64,000 nt of DNA, taken from the NCBI GenBank assembly GCA_027018875.1, contig JALUYA010000007.1, forward strand, positions 23,607 through 87,606, in the 5' to 3' direction. Shown here piece after piece: positions 63,651 through 64,000 of this stretch (its first letter is position 1; each line of letters begins with the position of its first letter). Below the pieces are notes generated by a model. It was not told where the DNA came from, ran no database searches, and saw nothing but the letters and a program-made list of their open reading frames with translations. The position numbers and the translations under genes are program-made. The DNA comes from Gammaproteobacteria bacterium (GTDB lineage: Bacteria > Pseudomonadota > Gammaproteobacteria > JAKDMP01).

Positions 63651-64000
63651 TTGGAAGGTTACAGTACAGAAGCCGAGCAGCTTGAGGAAATCAAGCAATG
63701 GTGGAATAAAAATGGCCGTTTCGTAGTAGCCGGCCTGGTCATCGCCGCCTTGGTGGTGGGTGGATGGCGTTTCCGGAATTATTGGGAGGCCCGCCAGGCC
63801 TCACAGGCGGCTACCTTGTATCTGGCGGTACAGGCAGCCGAGCAGCGGAATGACAGTCGGGCCGTGGTCAAAGCCGCGCGCGCCGTCATCAAGGATTATC
63901 CCAAGACGGCTTACGGCGCTTTCTCCGGGTTAGCTCTAGCAAAAGTCGAATTGGCAGGGCGCCATTTTGCCCGAGCCGAGCAGTCGCTGCGTCAGGTTAT
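63651..64000 (+). CDS. YfgM-like TPR/UPF0070 membrane protein, 3'-truncated by window edge (TTG start at 63651 after GGAG)
   Basis: Open frame to the window end. N-terminus EEIKQWWNKNGRFVVAGLVIAALVVGGW (the basic-TM pattern of YfgM). Conserved position after hisS. Confidence 0.5.
   Translation, partial: MEGYSTEAEQLEEIKQWWNKNGRFVVAGLVIAALVVGGWRFRNYWEARQASQAATLYLAVQAAEQRNDSRAVVKAARAVIKDYPKTAYGAFSGLALAKVELAGRHFARAEQSLRQV

Overview
This 64-kb window is GC-rich (roughly 60-65% by eye) and looks like chromosomal DNA from a gammaproteobacterium with type IV pili. The synteny is Pseudomonas/Chromatiales/Acidithiobacillia-like. Almost all of it is densely packed housekeeping operons. In order along the window:
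- a 5'-truncated citrate synthase;
- mrcA (PBP1A) divergent from pilMNOPQ-aroK-aroB-pyrF-hemE;
- fadD, a 2-hydroxyacid dehydrogenase and a divergent K+ pair (kefB/C-type antiporter and kup);
- an OmpA/OmpW-like outer-membrane barrel, a Skp/OmpH paralogue and a secreted hypothetical protein;
- a truncated, frameshifted ISL3-like transposase remnant, the only mobile-element trace in the window;
- typA with a GNAT acetyltransferase;
- an LPS-core-type block (dedA, a GT9 heptosyltransferase, a GT2 glycosyltransferase), dusA, and then a methyltransferase-like gene, a second MetX-family acyltransferase paralogue and a TPR-sulfotransferase;
- dacB-xseA, a CsiV-like gene, mfd, and pyrG-kdsA-ftsB-ispD;
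- sdhCDAB-sdhE-ygfX;
- metY-metX-hom;
- a minus-strand cassette of CoA-ligase, CysK-like and Acs-like genes;
- erpA, ndk-rlmN-pilF-rodZ-hisS and the 5' end of a yfgM-like gene.
The most interesting signals, all read directly from the sequence:
- a 540-bp leader upstream of metY-metX-hom with an ATG-dense mini-ORF (MMCMCIPQHAMRVMESGPVISTG), a terminator hairpin followed by a U-tract, and an upstream segment complementary to the 3' arm of the terminator; together this looks like a Met/Cys leader-peptide attenuator;
- an unlisted 57-aa SDHAF4/DUF1674-like ORF immediately upstream of sdhC;
- the ISL3 remnant;
- the MetX-paralogue, methyltransferase-like and sulfotransferase trio next to the LPS genes;
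- a ligase, CysK-like, Acs-like cassette of unknown pathway;
- several small repeat and palindrome signals in leader regions.
No rRNA genes or CRISPR arrays were seen, and no tRNA gene was recognised by eye. Functional calls rest on recalled family motifs and cannot be checked against databases here.
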